From NCBI GenBank assembly GCA_973895155.1, contig OZ316891.1:4260018-4324017 (forward strand): a stretch of DNA of 64,000 nucleotides, given 5' to 3'. Position numbers and translations under genes: made by a program. The notes below the pieces were generated by a model. It was not told where the DNA came from. It ran no database searches and saw only the letters and a program-made list of their open reading frames with translations. Positions 50,575 through 64,000 of the stretch are shown here, one piece after another (the stretch's first letter is position 1; every line of letters begins with the position of its first letter). Source of the stretch: Marsupella aquatica. Lineage: Eukaryota > Plantae > Marchantiophyta.

Positions 50575-50812
50575 TGTCCAGTTGGGTTTGTAGTACAGTA
50601 TCCGCATCCTCCTCAAAGACCGGTCCCCAAACAACGCAAATGGACACATAGAGACGATGCGGTGGAAAAACAGAGTACTGTGCAGCCGGCAGCACTGTCT
50701 AGTTGGGTTTGTACAGTATTCGGAATCTCCACAAGACCGGGCCCCAAAGAACACAAATGGACACAAAGAGACAATGTGGTGGAAAAACAGTGGACTGTGT
50801 AGCGGGCAGCCC
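50575..50812. repeat. Diverged ~120-bp tandem duplication upstream of the esterase
   Basis: tgtc(c/t)agttgggtttgta...aaatggacaca...gtggaaaaacag...ggcagc occurs twice. Confidence 0.8.
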
Positions 50813-53168
50813 AAATAGATATGCAGGCTGTATAAATAGGTGACAAGACCAATTAACCTCTTAGTCTCACCCGCACATCTTTGCCTCACCTTTACATGGC
50901 CACAAGAACCACAACAACAATTGCGCACCTCTGTTTCAGTCTCACTTACAATCACCTTTACATGGCCATAACAAGGGTTCAGTTTTGTCTGTCTTTCACT
51001 GTCTTATCTGTTCTAGTCTCAGTCTGTCTTTCACTATCTTATCTGATTGTTTTTGTTTCAGTTTCTGTTTTGATAGTCTTATCAAGCAGCTTTCTAGACG
51101 CGCCCTGTGGTTTTTTGAATTCGTCCTCGCCGCAACATCGTTTTAGTGGGCTCCTGCCCGTCTCTGCCAGGAAGGTTTCTCTCGTGTTGTTCCGTGGGGG
51201 AAATTTGAGTAGACAAAATCATTCTCTCTCTTAGAAGAAGAGCTCTTATCTACTCCTGTGATGTAAGCAAATACATCATAAAATTCTGGCTTGTTCAATT
51301 GGCAACTCGGTTCAGAATTCTATTCTTCTCTCCTAGTGTAATACTATGCGTCAAATTACAGCACACCAGAATCAGTAGAGATATCGCGCTATGGACATCT
51401 ACTCTCATCCTTGATGTGATGAAGTGGCAGGACAGTAGTAAGTGTTGCCCTTGTGGTCAATGTGCGCATCGAGGGAATGAGAGGTAGCAACCAGTTCTTC
51501 TCTCCCAACCCAATTTTCAGCTCACAAATGAAGAGAAATCATTCATTGGCAATGTCGTTCCACGGATGAGAAAGAGTCCCTAGCCATGCGCGGATACGAA
51601 GACTAATGACTATCACTTCAACGCTTTCGTCTTCTCCTGTCCTCGACTCGTCTGCAGAGGGGATCATTCGTTCTCCTGGCCGGCGACTCTTCTGAATTGC
51701 TTTCTGCATATCTAGTGGTGGTGTTGTGGAGACAATCATGCTCAAGAGGAAAACAGTAGAGGGGTCGGAGGAGAGCAGACCCAGAGCAAGAGTGCAGAGG
51801 AGAGCAGAGGAGTGTTACTAAGGAGAAGAGATAGAAGAGAATTGAGAGAAGAACAGAGCGGACGACGGGACGAGCAGAAGTTAGAGCAGAGCAGACGAGA
51901 AGAGCATAGCAACAGCGCAGAAGAGACCGGTGAAACAAAACTGCAAAAGAGCAGAACAGAGCAGAAGACGAGAGGAACTGAAGACAAGATCGCAGAAAGG
52001 TGCGTTGGCGTGATCCTTAGTTTTTTCGGTAACAGCAAGTAAGCTCTCAGCTGGGCTTTAGAGAACATCATCAGACTCGCCGTTATTGTCATCGTCGTCG
52101 TGGTTCAGAAGATGAAATGGCGTTGTAATCTCTGGAAGGCCACTGCAAACTCTCTCTAGCCCCATCTCATTTTCAATGTTCTCCAATCCAGGAGTTCTAC
52201 ATTTCGCCATTTCCCCCCCAATTCTAGATCCGAGGATCCAATTTGCTGGGATGTACGTAGAGAAATCCAGTAAACCATTGGACACATCTGCATAATATTA
52301 CAGAAAATTGAACCAATGTAACAGCTCAGCCGGCTAGTCATTCATCATTGAGTACATAAGTCGCCATTCTGAGAGTTGAGATTGAAAGTCTGCACCGTTC
52401 TTTGCTTTATTTGAGGACTTCAGCAATTCTCGAGTTTAGTTTCTCAGCTTCTTCTCAAAAGTTAATGTGTCTCCAATGTACCATTGGCCGGCTATTTAGT
52501 CGATTGGTTTCGAGAGGGCCTTCTGCACAACCATCCGATTAGAAAAGACATGTTGCTTTGCTTCAGACAATTAAAATTAATCAGCCACCGATTTATAACC
52601 CTTCAATGTATATGACTTGATAGACCCATGAAAAACATTAAATAGCTGCAAGAGAGTCTGGACTTGCTCCAGAAATGCTTTCACCACTGTAAAGTCTCTC
52701 AATAGGTAAGACTTCACCGCTCGACCAATTATGTTTGAGATCGGTTTTACCGCTTCTGTGGGCCTCCTAAATGCATTGTACCGCACTTTCTATATCTTAA
52801 ATCAAAAGCTCATTTGATCGAAGTTTGAAAGCCTCTCATGGATCCAAGGTTTAAGATAATGATTTAAAAAAAAAAACTCAAAGAAGGGGAAAGCAACTTT
52901 ATTGATCAAAGCGATCCACCAAACCAGCCAAGACCAGAAGCAGCAATTACTCGAATGGTAGAGCTAATAAATCAAAGAACAATTGATCATCAGAGATCGT
53001 TTGCTGCGTTATAGCGATAGCATCAACAGAGTCAATTTTTTGACATCGCTGTCTTTCAAATCTAAAAGTTGCAAGGAGAATCTACTCTCCCAAGTACACT
53101 GCTGAACAACGAATGCTCAATTCGCTCAGCCTACAGTCACATTCTCCGCCATGTCACACCAAACATGA

Positions 53169-53555
53169 TCAATATATCAGAATGTTCCGTCTAGGGAGGG
53201 CCGGTATTGATTGCGTAACAACCGCATTGCCCTTGGTTGGTGCAGAAGTTCCACACAGCTGCCCCAGAACAGCCTCCTCCGTAATTGCAGCAGCCGACCT
53301 GGATATACCTCCCGCCACAAGTGCACTGTCGGTATCGCAGCTGTCCGAGCTAACTAAGCTAAGTGTGAGAGAGCCACTACTTATCGATGCCACTGATGAG
53401 CACTGAACGGTCCAACTGTAGGTCACATCTGTAATGTTACTATTGATACCTGGAAATTGAGAACCCAGCAGCGGAGTTGGAGACACCGTCAGAGAGAGGA
53501 AGACTATGAGTAGGATCGTCCACGTAGAATTGCTGAAGCTGCTACAAAACCTCAT
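53169..53555 (-). CDS. Possible small secreted or membrane Ser/Thr-rich protein, family unknown
   Basis: ATG-initiated 128-aa ORF with a hydrophobic N-terminal stretch (WTILLIVFLSLTV) and an upstream TATA-like tatatag on the minus strand (~53645). No recognised domain. Confidence 0.3.
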   Translation of the reverse strand: MRFCSSFSNSTWTILLIVFLSLTVSPTPLLGSQFPGINSNITDVTYSWTVQCSSVASISSGSLTLSLVSSDSCDTDSALVAGGISRSAAAITEEAVLGQLCGTSAPTKGNAVVTQSIPALPRRNILIY

Positions 53556-56500
53556 AGCAACTTGACTTGGTGGAATATTGTAAGCTCAAAGCCTCTAATG
53601 GCCAGGAACGGAACTTATATTCCAAACTGGAATCCTCGATCTACTATATACGGCCTGGATTAAAACTCGTATTTCAACATCGAGTCTATGGCTTGGAAGA
53701 AAATTAATCTGAATTGCAAATTGGAAGCCTGTAGAAATGGCCTGAAAGGAAATTAACTTGACTTCCAAAGTGGAAGCCGCAATCTATGGGCAGGAAGGCA
53801 ACTTGTATTCCACACTGGAAGCCTCAGACTAAGGCTTGGAAGAAAACATGCATGGATTGTTAGCTGGAACCTCTGACTATGCTCATGAAACATTTACTGT
53901 TGTACGCTGGACGCCTCTGTGCAGTCACTCGGGATCGAAGGAGGCAAGTTTCTGGTCGTACAATTGTGCTGTAACTAAGGCGATGCTCAATTCAGATGAT
54001 ATGTGATCCTATGAACCAGCAGGTCTGCTTGAAGGCCACCATCGATGTCATCGTGGGCGGAAAGATGTGACTTCTATCACCGCTTCATAATTGAAGGTGG
54101 AGCTGTTCGGAAAACCGATTTTTTCGTCCTCGACAAGGTAACGAGGGGGCACAACTATTCGACATAGTTGCTTTCGGGCCAATATCTTTGTATATGCGTG
54201 AATGCCAAGGCATATTAATGCCGTTGTGACATAAACTCTGTCACGGTAAAGACAGTGTAAAGACAACCAACAAGTTGTGTTTTCCTGGCAAATGGACTTG
54301 TATTTGGAAACATCGAAACACCTTGTAAACTGTACGAGGCCTTATGTTTTAAAAGTTGCTATACACTAAGATAAAGAAATTTCCCTATGGTTTGGTCTTG
54401 ATCAATTTTTCCACATAAAACAAAATTCAATTTTTTTGAGTTACATCTTTGTATATCTTGAGTTGAGAGGTACAGGAGTTGAGTAGACTAAAATGAGACT
54501 TGACATGGTCGTTTGGATTTTGGCAGTAAGGAAGTAAATTATTCCTTAAGTAGAAAATCTTCTTTTTAGAAGCAGCCTTCAGTGATGCTTAATGACATGT
54601 TTTGGTTCCTCCGCACCAGCTTCTAGTGAGCCATTCGTGGTCATGCCTGCTATTGATCTTCAACAACATAAATGATCAGTCCTTGCATATTATTTGCCTG
54701 ATATTCATTGATTGTGGTCAACAATTGAGATTTAGGGTGGAGACCCAGCATCCTCACTTGTTTCGTCCGCCCCATCATACAGGAGTAAGTTTGAAAAAGG
54801 GCTCTTATTGGATTTAGTGGAAACTGTATAAAGTTTTGTGAAAGAACACTAATACAGGGTTTTTCTTGCGGGTATCACTATGTGGAGCCCCCTACTCCAC
54901 CTGCCACGCTTTGTGTCAAGTACACCCTAAAACTTTAAAACAAAATTGTTGCTGAATATTTTACCCTGATAATTCAGAATATTCCAGAAGCTGGGTTTAA
55001 AACCCTATCTTTCCTTTCAAGTCTCAAATTTTGATTAAAAAAACCCTATAGTTCTTAAACAATTAATCTGTGGACCCCCGTGTTGTTATCTAGAAACTGA
55101 AGCCTAGATGGACCTCCAAATCTAAAGAAAAAAAAAATTCAAAAATGGACAAGTCAATGTTTGACACTTGAAACAGTTGCCAAAATTACCAAGGCAACCA
55201 TAATTAATATCAATCACAAAACCAGCTACAATGTGAACTAGTGTTTAATGTGTGGGTAACATAATTATCCACTTTAGCAAAACGGTGCTTGATGGTTTCC
55301 TCCACGATGCCAAAGGGATGTTGGATGCACTCAAGTTGCATCGAAAGTAATCACTTTCCAATTCCTACACGCAGATAGACTAAAAAAGAGAAGTCATTGG
55401 TGTCATCAATCACTAACTTTGCATAATTTTTTAAGACAAAAAGTTTCATGGAAACAAATTTCTAATTGTGGAATTCAGAATGGATCGAAAGCTAGAGAAA
55501 CTTAGAAACTCATGACCACTTTAGTACTTGATAAAATCTCCCAATGTCACACTCATTAGAAAGCTAGAAAAGTTTGGAAACTTATAATCTCCTCATAACT
55601 CAATTAAATCTATCAATGTTAAGTTCATTAAAAAGCTAAAGAAATTCTAACATTCATAATCTCCTTAGTATGTACCATAAAATCTGTCAATTTTAGGTTC
55701 ATTCTCATCAAAGGGGTTAACATTTCAGGGGTTGTACAATATAGATTTTTATTCACGCTAGAGATTATGAAATCATAGATAAAATCTATTTTTCAAATTA
55801 TTTATTCAATTTTTATCGAATTCTTTCCAACGTCATATTATACTTGAGTTTTCATTATTATTTGACTCAGCAAAGTCAAATCAAAAATTGCTGTCGGGAA
55901 AATTTTATGTTTTGAATAGTATCAAAATGTAAATAAAACCTTTACTGGGAGCAGTTTTACCTCAATGTTTTTGTCTTTTGATTTACATGTCAGTTTTTTT
56001 ACAATATTTTTTATTCTTTTTTAGGGCATGGTGTCCCAGTTTTTACAACAAAGTTGCCACAAACACGAATGCAAAAGTTAATTTTATGGAAAACAAGTCT
56101 CTTCCTGTTTGGAACATGCCATGATGATGTGGCGTGCTGTGAAGCTAGGAATTTTGGAAAGAACCCTTAATGGGGGTCCGTAAATATTTGTAAGTCTTCC
56201 TTTAAAACCAATAAAATGACTCGATGCTTTGTTGCATGTGTTGTGCCATTTTCACGAACATAAGATCCCCGAGGGGTTTTTAATTAATTTTGAGTATTAC
56301 ATGAAGCATTATAGAAAATAGGGGTACGTTTTCAAACAAAATATTGAAATATTCCTAAAATATTGTTAATTTCCTAGATTCCTAATATTGTCAATTATCC
56401 AAAAAGAAAAGGAAAAACTATCAATTGAAAAACCTTTTTCAATAGTTTTTTAAAGTCTTTATCACCCAACATAATTATGTATGATGTGGGACCCCCATTA

Positions 56501-59027
56501 GAATGAGGCCTCAAGGTTTGAAAATCATTTGATATTTCTCTAACATGTTTAAACTTCATATCAAACTAAAGAGAGGTTAATTAACGCCAACATATATTGA
56601 TTACTACTCAACTTCAAGAACGCCTAATCATAGTATTTAGTTTATGATGTAAAATTAGTTTGAGGACCCCTTGGTTATGTAAGTTTGATGTTATTCAAGA
56701 ACTAAGTTAGAACACATGAAGAGTTGCATATTGGAATAGGTTTGAATATGGAGACGAGACTGAGGAAAAACCGAGTGGATTATTCATGGAAGAAGTGCAT
56801 TCACAAAGTTCCCTTGGTACTCCTATGTCCATAGAGTCCATGCAAAATGCTATACAAGCCAAAGGGTTTCTTCATTAAATTCCTTTGGTATTCCTTTATC
56901 CATAGTAGTCAACTTAGTTAGAGTTTCTTATGTTCCCTTGGTGTTCCTTTTTCCACAGTAACCGAATGGTTTTTTATATTACCTTGGGTAAATGTTATGG
57001 TAGTTGAAGAGTTTCTTTCTACCCATGGTTATTCCAAAAAATTCTAATTAAATAGAAAACTCATACAAGATAATGGAAAACACTAATATATCAATCACAA
57101 CCCATCCAAAGGTGATTTTCTTTTACCCCCTTTTCACCCCTTTCTTTGTTTATTTGAAATGTTAATTTTCAGTTTTCAACTGTTTTTACAGTTACAAGGT
57201 CTCACTGCTTTTCTTTGACTTGTCCCAAACAAATAGAGTCTTGTTTGGTGCTTTTTGCATAACTAACTGTTCTTGTCTGTGACCAATAGTGCTGATGTGT
57301 CTGCACTTGCTTCCAAGGATTTTGGAAAGAATGTCCCATGGGGTCCATACTGAATGCATCCATCAAAGTGATCCTAATGGCTATCACATGAATTTATATT
57401 TCAGAAGAATGCAATTCATCAAAATTAATAAGCGATTGTCTCTTTTCACTCGGCCTTGCTGAGACAAACATACAGAGGAAAGAGCTTGACTTCAATAATT
57501 CGGAGGTTTGATGAGGAAGCAAGTTTACTTGGTGGCTGGACTCAAAAGGCTAAAGCAAGCTGAATAAAAGTACTATTCATATCATTGAAGCATCCTATTG
57601 AACCAAAAGGTTTGCAATGAGTGCACCAATACAGGTCAAGACACCTAGGAAGCTCACAGAAAGCTGTCTCAAGGAGCGTAAAGCTTCTCACTCTCTCCTC
57701 CCAAATTTAAACACCTGGTTTTGATTGCAGGCTTTATTTTATTACAGAATCTTGCTTTGAAGGAGAAAGGACAGGCAACTACTACACACAAAGCTTTTGA
57801 CAAGGGGCTTGGATGCTCACAAAACCCCCATAGACACCATAAATTAAACATTAAATCATACTCCCATAATACTATTTTCTTATAGTACAAATGCCAGTTT
57901 GAGTGCGTCCATCCAAGTCTGTAGCTAAACCCAACATTTATTTGTTGTGGGGGTACATCAATCCTCAGGTGGTGTCAAATCTTAGTTTGCTGAATGCCTG
58001 CTGTGGTCATATGACTTTGATCTGTGACAAATCCACATTAGTATTAATGTATATATCACTGTCAAAAAACAAGAACCTCCAAATTGAGAGACCCAATAGA
58101 TGCGAGAAAATATTGAAGGGAGAAAACACCACGAAGACCAACAAACGTAAAGCCCAAAAGGCTCCTGAAAACTGCAGAACTAAAGCTCTATTGAGTAGCA
58201 GATTGCAAAACTTGGTAAAAGTTCATGAGTACGTAAATCCCATAGGAGCCATGACCAGGAATTTGTCTACAGGCCTTAAAACTACCAACCTTGGTCCTAC
58301 CAAGAATAATGAATACCTGAGCTCTCTGTAGGTCAACAGGGACAAGGGGATTGTAAGTCCGGTGTGTAATAATGGTTACTAATGTGTAACCATTTTTAAA
58401 GGTCCATCTTATTCCATAATCTCATGCATGGAAACTTGTGATCATGTATGGTTTTTCCATTGATATCACACTTATGTACAATAATGATCGTCTGGGCTGA
58501 GGTTCTAGTCGCCTCCGAGAATGCTCAGAAAACCAAAAACTTGTGATCATTAACTGAGATAGGTAATCTCATCCGTTATCAGTCAGTTTCATCAGTCTAC
58601 CTGATATCAGCTGCCACCTCTCTGACCGCCAAGTTACGGTGTGAGAAAAAAAATGAAAAAAAAATCTTGAATTTTTTTTCAAAATTTGAGGAATTTTTTT
58701 TTTGTCTGAAATTTTTTTCCGCCATGGGGCGTCCGTATGGTACGGACACCTCATCTCGGCGAGGCCAGCCAAGCTGGGAGAAAAAAATTCATTTTTTTTT
58801 TCAAATTTAATGCCCATCTCGTCGAGGGCCAGCCGGGATTTCAAATATTTGGTTTTTTTTGTTTGTGTGTGGTCCATACGCCCATCTCAGCAAGGTCAGC
58901 CAAGATTGAGTCAACCTTAGCTGCCCAACTGAGATGAGCGGAGGTTCGAAGGTCTCATCTCAACTCCTCAATTGAGATAATTGATGTGAACGTCTGATAT
59001 CAATTATCAACGAGTGATAACTCATGA

Positions 59028-59203
59028 TGTTGTGTACCCCTCATTAACTTTTTCCAATGATATCACATATATATTAAATATAATGATGGTATGGGTTGGG
59101 GTTCTATGCTGAACCCGTTGTGTACCCCTCATTAACTTTTTCCAATGATATCACATATATATTAAATATAATGATGGTATGCGTTGGGGTTCTATGCTGA
59201 ACC
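59028..59203. repeat. 88-bp near-perfect tandem duplication
   Basis: gttgtgtacccctcattaac...ggttctatgctgaacc occurs twice; a related diverged copy sits at ~58450. Confidence 0.9.
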
Positions 59204-60349
59204 GTGCTACAAGAATACTCTGAAAAGCATTTTTGCAACTACCACCAGCCAACTTTTCTTCACTTTTTGGTAGGAGGGTTACATAATAACTTTGTGCCCA
59301 TAGTGTCATTATACTCTACTTCAAGATAATTATGGACATTGGAGCAGATGCCATCACTTGACATGCAAGGGAAGTACGACAGTGTCTAAATGCAGGCTCC
59401 TGGGAGTACACCACCAGTTAGCACTTATTAACAGAATGCACTATGCTATTATGGCACGGGGCGTCACTTATACATGCACTTCTCCATATGTGCATAGTCT
59501 GCACTATGTAACAAGTGCATGAAAAATCACATGCAATTCCCCATTGTGTTGTGATGGGGGGCAAATCACATCGCATTTCTCATACCCTAAGCTGTCATAT
59601 TGCACATTTCACCTGGATGAGTGCTTGAAACTACTTTATGTATTTGCTTGCTGCACTTATAAAAAAAATGCTTCTTATGTATGCATTGCAGTGATTGATG
59701 TATGCATGTGTACCCTTATAGACCTATACATGCACTTATGTATAGGTCCTCTTGGTCCTCTTGGTCTCACTATGTAGAGGTCCAGGCCTGGAAGAGCCCC
59801 CCATCACCTGCAACATTTTTAAACCCCCTAAAATGTAAGAAATTTATTTTCATTTTTGAAACCCTATGAACCTGAAGAATATTCCAAAAATTTTGATACA
59901 CAAGACTCTAATGTTCTTACAAGACTCAAAATTGTATTTAAAATTAAGTCCCTAGTGTTTTTCCACAAAATTTTCTAAGTTCTAATATATAATGCACTTA
60001 TCCATGCTGCACACGTACATGGTTCTCTTTAGTGAGCAGGCCCTTGGGAAGGTGGTAAGGTTGTTGCAGTACTGCTGGCGGAACACATGCAAGGCGATTC
60101 AGATACCCAATAAGAGGCACAATAAGGCAATCCCATAAAATGCAATGATCTCCAACTGTTGTTTAAAGGTGGCCAAGATTGGTACACAAAGTGCTAGAGG
60201 AACTAGTCCCACTTCTGTTTGTTTTTGCCTTCAAACAGTAAGCTAACCCATCCAACAGAGGATAGATGATCAACTCCTCAGCATGCATCTCTATAGGGTA
60301 GCCCACAACGTGATCATATCCAAGAGGGATCAGACCAGGATGGAGAGAA

Positions 60350-60735
60350 GGCTGTAGGGTAGCCCACAAGGGGGTCATATAGAGGGATCAGACAAGACAT
60401 AGTCCAGGAAGGAGAGAGTGCTAAACCAGAGCCCTAGACCAGAAGGGAGAGAGAGCTGAACCAGAGCTCCAAAGTGGACCTAGACCAGAAGGGAGAGAGG
60501 GTTGAACCAGAGCCCCAAAGCAGACCAATTAGGGGCGGCTGAGGAGAAACCAGAACTCCCACCACTAAGCCACACCCACATCCACATATACCCTACACAA
60601 CCCTTGCATGTGAAGGGGGATACTACACCCACATATACCCTACCCAACCCACCCCTTGCATGTGGAGGGGATACCACACACACATATACCCTACACAACC
60701 CTTGCATGTGGGTTCTAAGCTAATCCCCTGGCCAA
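60350..60735. repeat. Dispersed repeat (copy of 2570-2800) with internal sub-repeats
   Basis: Homologous to 2570-2800 in inverted orientation. Internal triplets of ctagaccagaagggagagag and catataccctac...cccttgcatgtg. Confidence 0.7.
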
Positions 60736-61057
60736 GAGACCAAAGAGAGTTAGTTGGGTCCCACTATTTGCAAGAGCAAAAGCAGGGCTTCCAGCTGGAG
60801 GACCAGATCGACCACCTTGGAGGGGACCAAACTACCAAAGGACTGATGGCGAGCTCCAGCTCCGACTGCCGAATGCTGTGGGGTGGGCAAAAGCGGAGAC
60901 AACAAGATGAGGGCAATGAGAGGTGCTGGTAAACTCATCGTCCAATGACGCTCTGAGCCCTCCCTGCTCTTTTTGGTGGCCACATCTTCCGTTTCCCCTG
61001 CTTGCTCCAATGGTTGGCACCTGGTTGGCACTCTGTCAGCTGGCGTTGGCTCTTTTG

Positions 61058-61570
61058 GGCCTTGAAAACCCAACTTCATGACGTTGTCCACTTTGCTGTT
61101 GAAACGAGCTTCATGAGTGCACTTGCTGTTGCAAACGAGCTTCATGGGTTTACATATAATTACGTGATCGAGACTTTTTGTACACAGTTACCTTTTTCCC
61201 GGCCTTGAAAATCGAGCTTCATAACTGTCTCCACTTTGCGGTTCGAGATGAGCTTCATGGATCTACATAATTATAATAAGTGATGGATACCTTTCGTACA
61301 GTTGACCTTTTTTCGGCCATGAATATTGAACTCCATGACTGTCTCCATGTTGCTGTTGGAGACGAGGTTCAAAGGATCTTCTCGGCTTTGAAAAACGAAT
61401 TTCGTGGCTGTCTTCACCTCGCTGTAGAAGACGAGCTTCCCTGACCCACACATAATTAAGTGATCGACACCTTTTGCACAGTTTGCCTTTTTTCGGCCTT
61501 GAATATCTTACTGTAGTTCATGACTGGAGTGTCTCCATTTTGATTGGATGGGACTACATATTATTAAATG
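61058..61570. repeat. Diverged ~120-140-bp tandem array, about 4 units
   Basis: Recurrent ccttgaa...ttcatgactgtctcca...gagcttcatgg...acataatta...cagtt..cctttttt(c)cggcc. Confidence 0.7.
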
Positions 61571-64000
61571 AGCGAGTCAGATCAGACCTTAGTCGTCGTG
61601 TCAGGTCGCACATCCTAGATCGCCTGAGGTTTCCAACGGAAGAAAACAAGCAACCGGCCATTGTGCTACACTGTCCTCCACGATCTGACTTATGTGCTCG
61701 AAGAGATTGTGCTGAGACAAGTTAGTACGATTCGAAACAATTGCGAAGTTGCTTGCAATCTCATCCCTGGCCACAAAACCGAAAAGGCACTGACATAACT
61801 GAGAAAAATAGTGCGCGCGCGGAAGGAGCCAAAAGAGAAAGCGGAAGATGCACTCTGAAATTTGAATGCGGGTCAACTTGGTTCTGACCACAGTCGTCAT
61901 TCCTCACAACTTCACAAGGTCTCCATAACCGTTTGAATGTTCATCAGTCGATCGGAAAGCTGCTGTAAGATGATCCATCGCCGGGATTGGCGGCGAAAAA
62001 CTCGATCTCACGCGTAGGCTCTGAACAGAAAAGAAAAGGTACTCACTGTAAAAGCAACGAGCGTATGCAGGCAGGAGAGGAATCGAAGGATCTCCACTGA
62101 TTCCTACTTTAAGTCAAGGGTCACGAGTTAAGGCCCATGAATCAATTTCGAACACGGGTGATATTATATAACACGGGCGGAAAGGTCGTTGAATCTGCTA
62201 TATCAGGCTAAACTTCATACCTAAGGGCTAAGGATTCTTAACTCTGGAGTTTCTCTCTCGGGAGTTGGACCTAAAGCACAGTCGCCTTGTGATTTGCTAC
62301 AGGACCAGCTGGTGACTGTGGGACTCACGTACCTTTGCGGGAGTTTTTGATCCTATGATATGAAAAGATGATGGGAGCAGGTTTGGGAGGAATCAGGAGG
62401 GGCGGGTTACGTCATGCCCTAGCTAGTTCCATGCCAAGGCTTGCGGTTACAGACTCTGTCACGTCCATGCAGAAACGTAGGCATAGCCGGCCTCCTCAAT
62501 TATCGCACTCAAATGTCTGGATTGCATGCGCACTATGTGTCATTTATGTTGCTCGAGCATGACCCGAGACAATTCTTACTTGACGCTCTCGTATGTCGCA
62601 CGTCGAAGTGATCCCAGGAACTGAGTGACAGAGATGGAGCGGATGCCCTTGAATTAAGTTGCAGTGGTACAGTAGCAGGTGGATTCGAATTCCTCGAAGT
62701 AAATTGATCGATGGGATGCTAGCATGGAAAGGCAGTAGGATGATCGAATGATGATTGAGTTCAGTTGAGCAGTGATCCAGCGGCTATCTCCTTTTGAGCT
62801 GCCTTACAGGCTCTGGAAATATTTTCTGCCGCGACTCATGAAGTGAGAGGGCTAGAGCTTGATTACAATTCCCCAATCGTGTGGTCCAAAGCAAGCGATT
62901 CAACGATTTCGATGAAGCTGACAACAGTAGACGTCCTTGCAGATCGAAGTCTCCAATGAAGGGTTATTTGACTATGGTAAGAATTCAATGAGTCGGAGTT
63001 TGGCTCAGACAGCCTGTCCATCTGTCAGTCTCTGAGGTAGAATCATATGTCAGTATTGGGGAGAGCTATTGAGGAGAGCAAAGTTTCTCTGACAACTGAC
63101 AGTAGAATTGAGTGGGGAAGCAATAGAAAGACTGAGATAGACAGCGAGATACAATTCAGTTCAACGTCGTGGGAATGATAAGTGAGATTTTGTAATACAC
63201 AGTTCTTTCTCAAGTGGGTTGTAAATAATAATTGAGGTTGTCCGAGAGTGAAATAGAATTGTTGCCGTGAGATTGGGATTGACAAACGTAAGGATCGGCG
63301 ACAACTTTGAGCCTTAATTATTGCAGTCAAGATATAGAACTATGATAGAGATGGCACAATGGAGGGAAGAGACACGTCACTCATATAATAACTGTTCCAG
63401 GCAACCCAGAGCATTATAGACAAGACCTTTAACACATTATTTTGGAATCTGCAGAGGACAACAGCCCATAGAGTTCGGAGCTAGTTAATTTGACATGGAT
63501 GATAGTTTGAAAGTGGGAGATATATGAAGTGAGCGAACAGATCACATTGATTACTTTTGGACCAAATATCATCTTATCTGGACATCTCAGACCAATGGAA
63601 AGATTGTTTCTTAATTTCCGACTACAGAGCTTATTGCCAGTATCCAAAGAGAGAGGTAGCTACAGTTATTTATAGATCAAATGTTGCTGGGATTTTAGGA
63701 ACTACTTAACCAGGAATTCGACAAGCAGTACTGCCTCAAAGTAAGAGGTAATTTCATTGACCGAGGAGATCGAAGAGCTTACGTCTCCTGTCTTCTACTT
63801 TTGTAGGTGCTTTCCGTGACCACGTCCACACCCCACCCCACCCCACCCGGCCCCAACACACCCCAACCCCGCAGACAGGCCCTCAACAGAATACTTAAAT
63901 CCTTGCTGCCAGCCATTTCATTGCGGAATCCGGTCTAGTGAGCAAGAGAATTGATTGGATCGGCGGTGTGGGTCGACATTCGATACCGGAAGCTTGCAGT

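Noticed and set aside
51539-52092. Overlapping ORFs of 68-116 aa
   Set aside because: Derived from AG-rich low-complexity sequence (gagcaga/agaag repeats), with no domain.
62300-63700. Possible decayed gene or LINE fragment
   Set aside because: No recognisable motifs in the frames examined.

Overview
Eukaryotic nuclear DNA from a land plant, most likely a non-seed plant (spliced GT-AG genes, transit peptides); the species cannot be fixed from sequence alone. Host genes are the 3' half of an ABCG half-transporter, an intronless CSLA mannan synthase, a spliced organellar peptidyl-tRNA hydrolase, plastid ribosomal protein L11, an RNA Pol III RPC7/Rpc31-like subunit and an intronless FSH1/OVCA2 serine hydrolase. 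The centre of the window (~14.5-34.2 kb) is a nested transposon complex. The outer element is a decayed minus-strand Ty3/Gypsy retrotransposon whose pol carries a C5-cytosine DNA methyltransferase between protease and RT (obscured by a clean ~0.98 kb inversion) and a truncated PHD finger after integrase. Its gag is split by a 258-bp MITE and by a 12.2-kb TIR DNA transposon with a Sola-like transposase. That DNA transposon carries a divergent, spliced cargo region with ParB-like, beta-class amino-methyltransferase-like and NIF/FCP1 phosphatase domains, and holds at least 16 copies of a 17-bp palindrome (CTCGAGA-N3-TCTCGAG). It is the best candidate here for an undescribed system. All domain calls come from motif recognition by eye and need HMM or structure confirmation.
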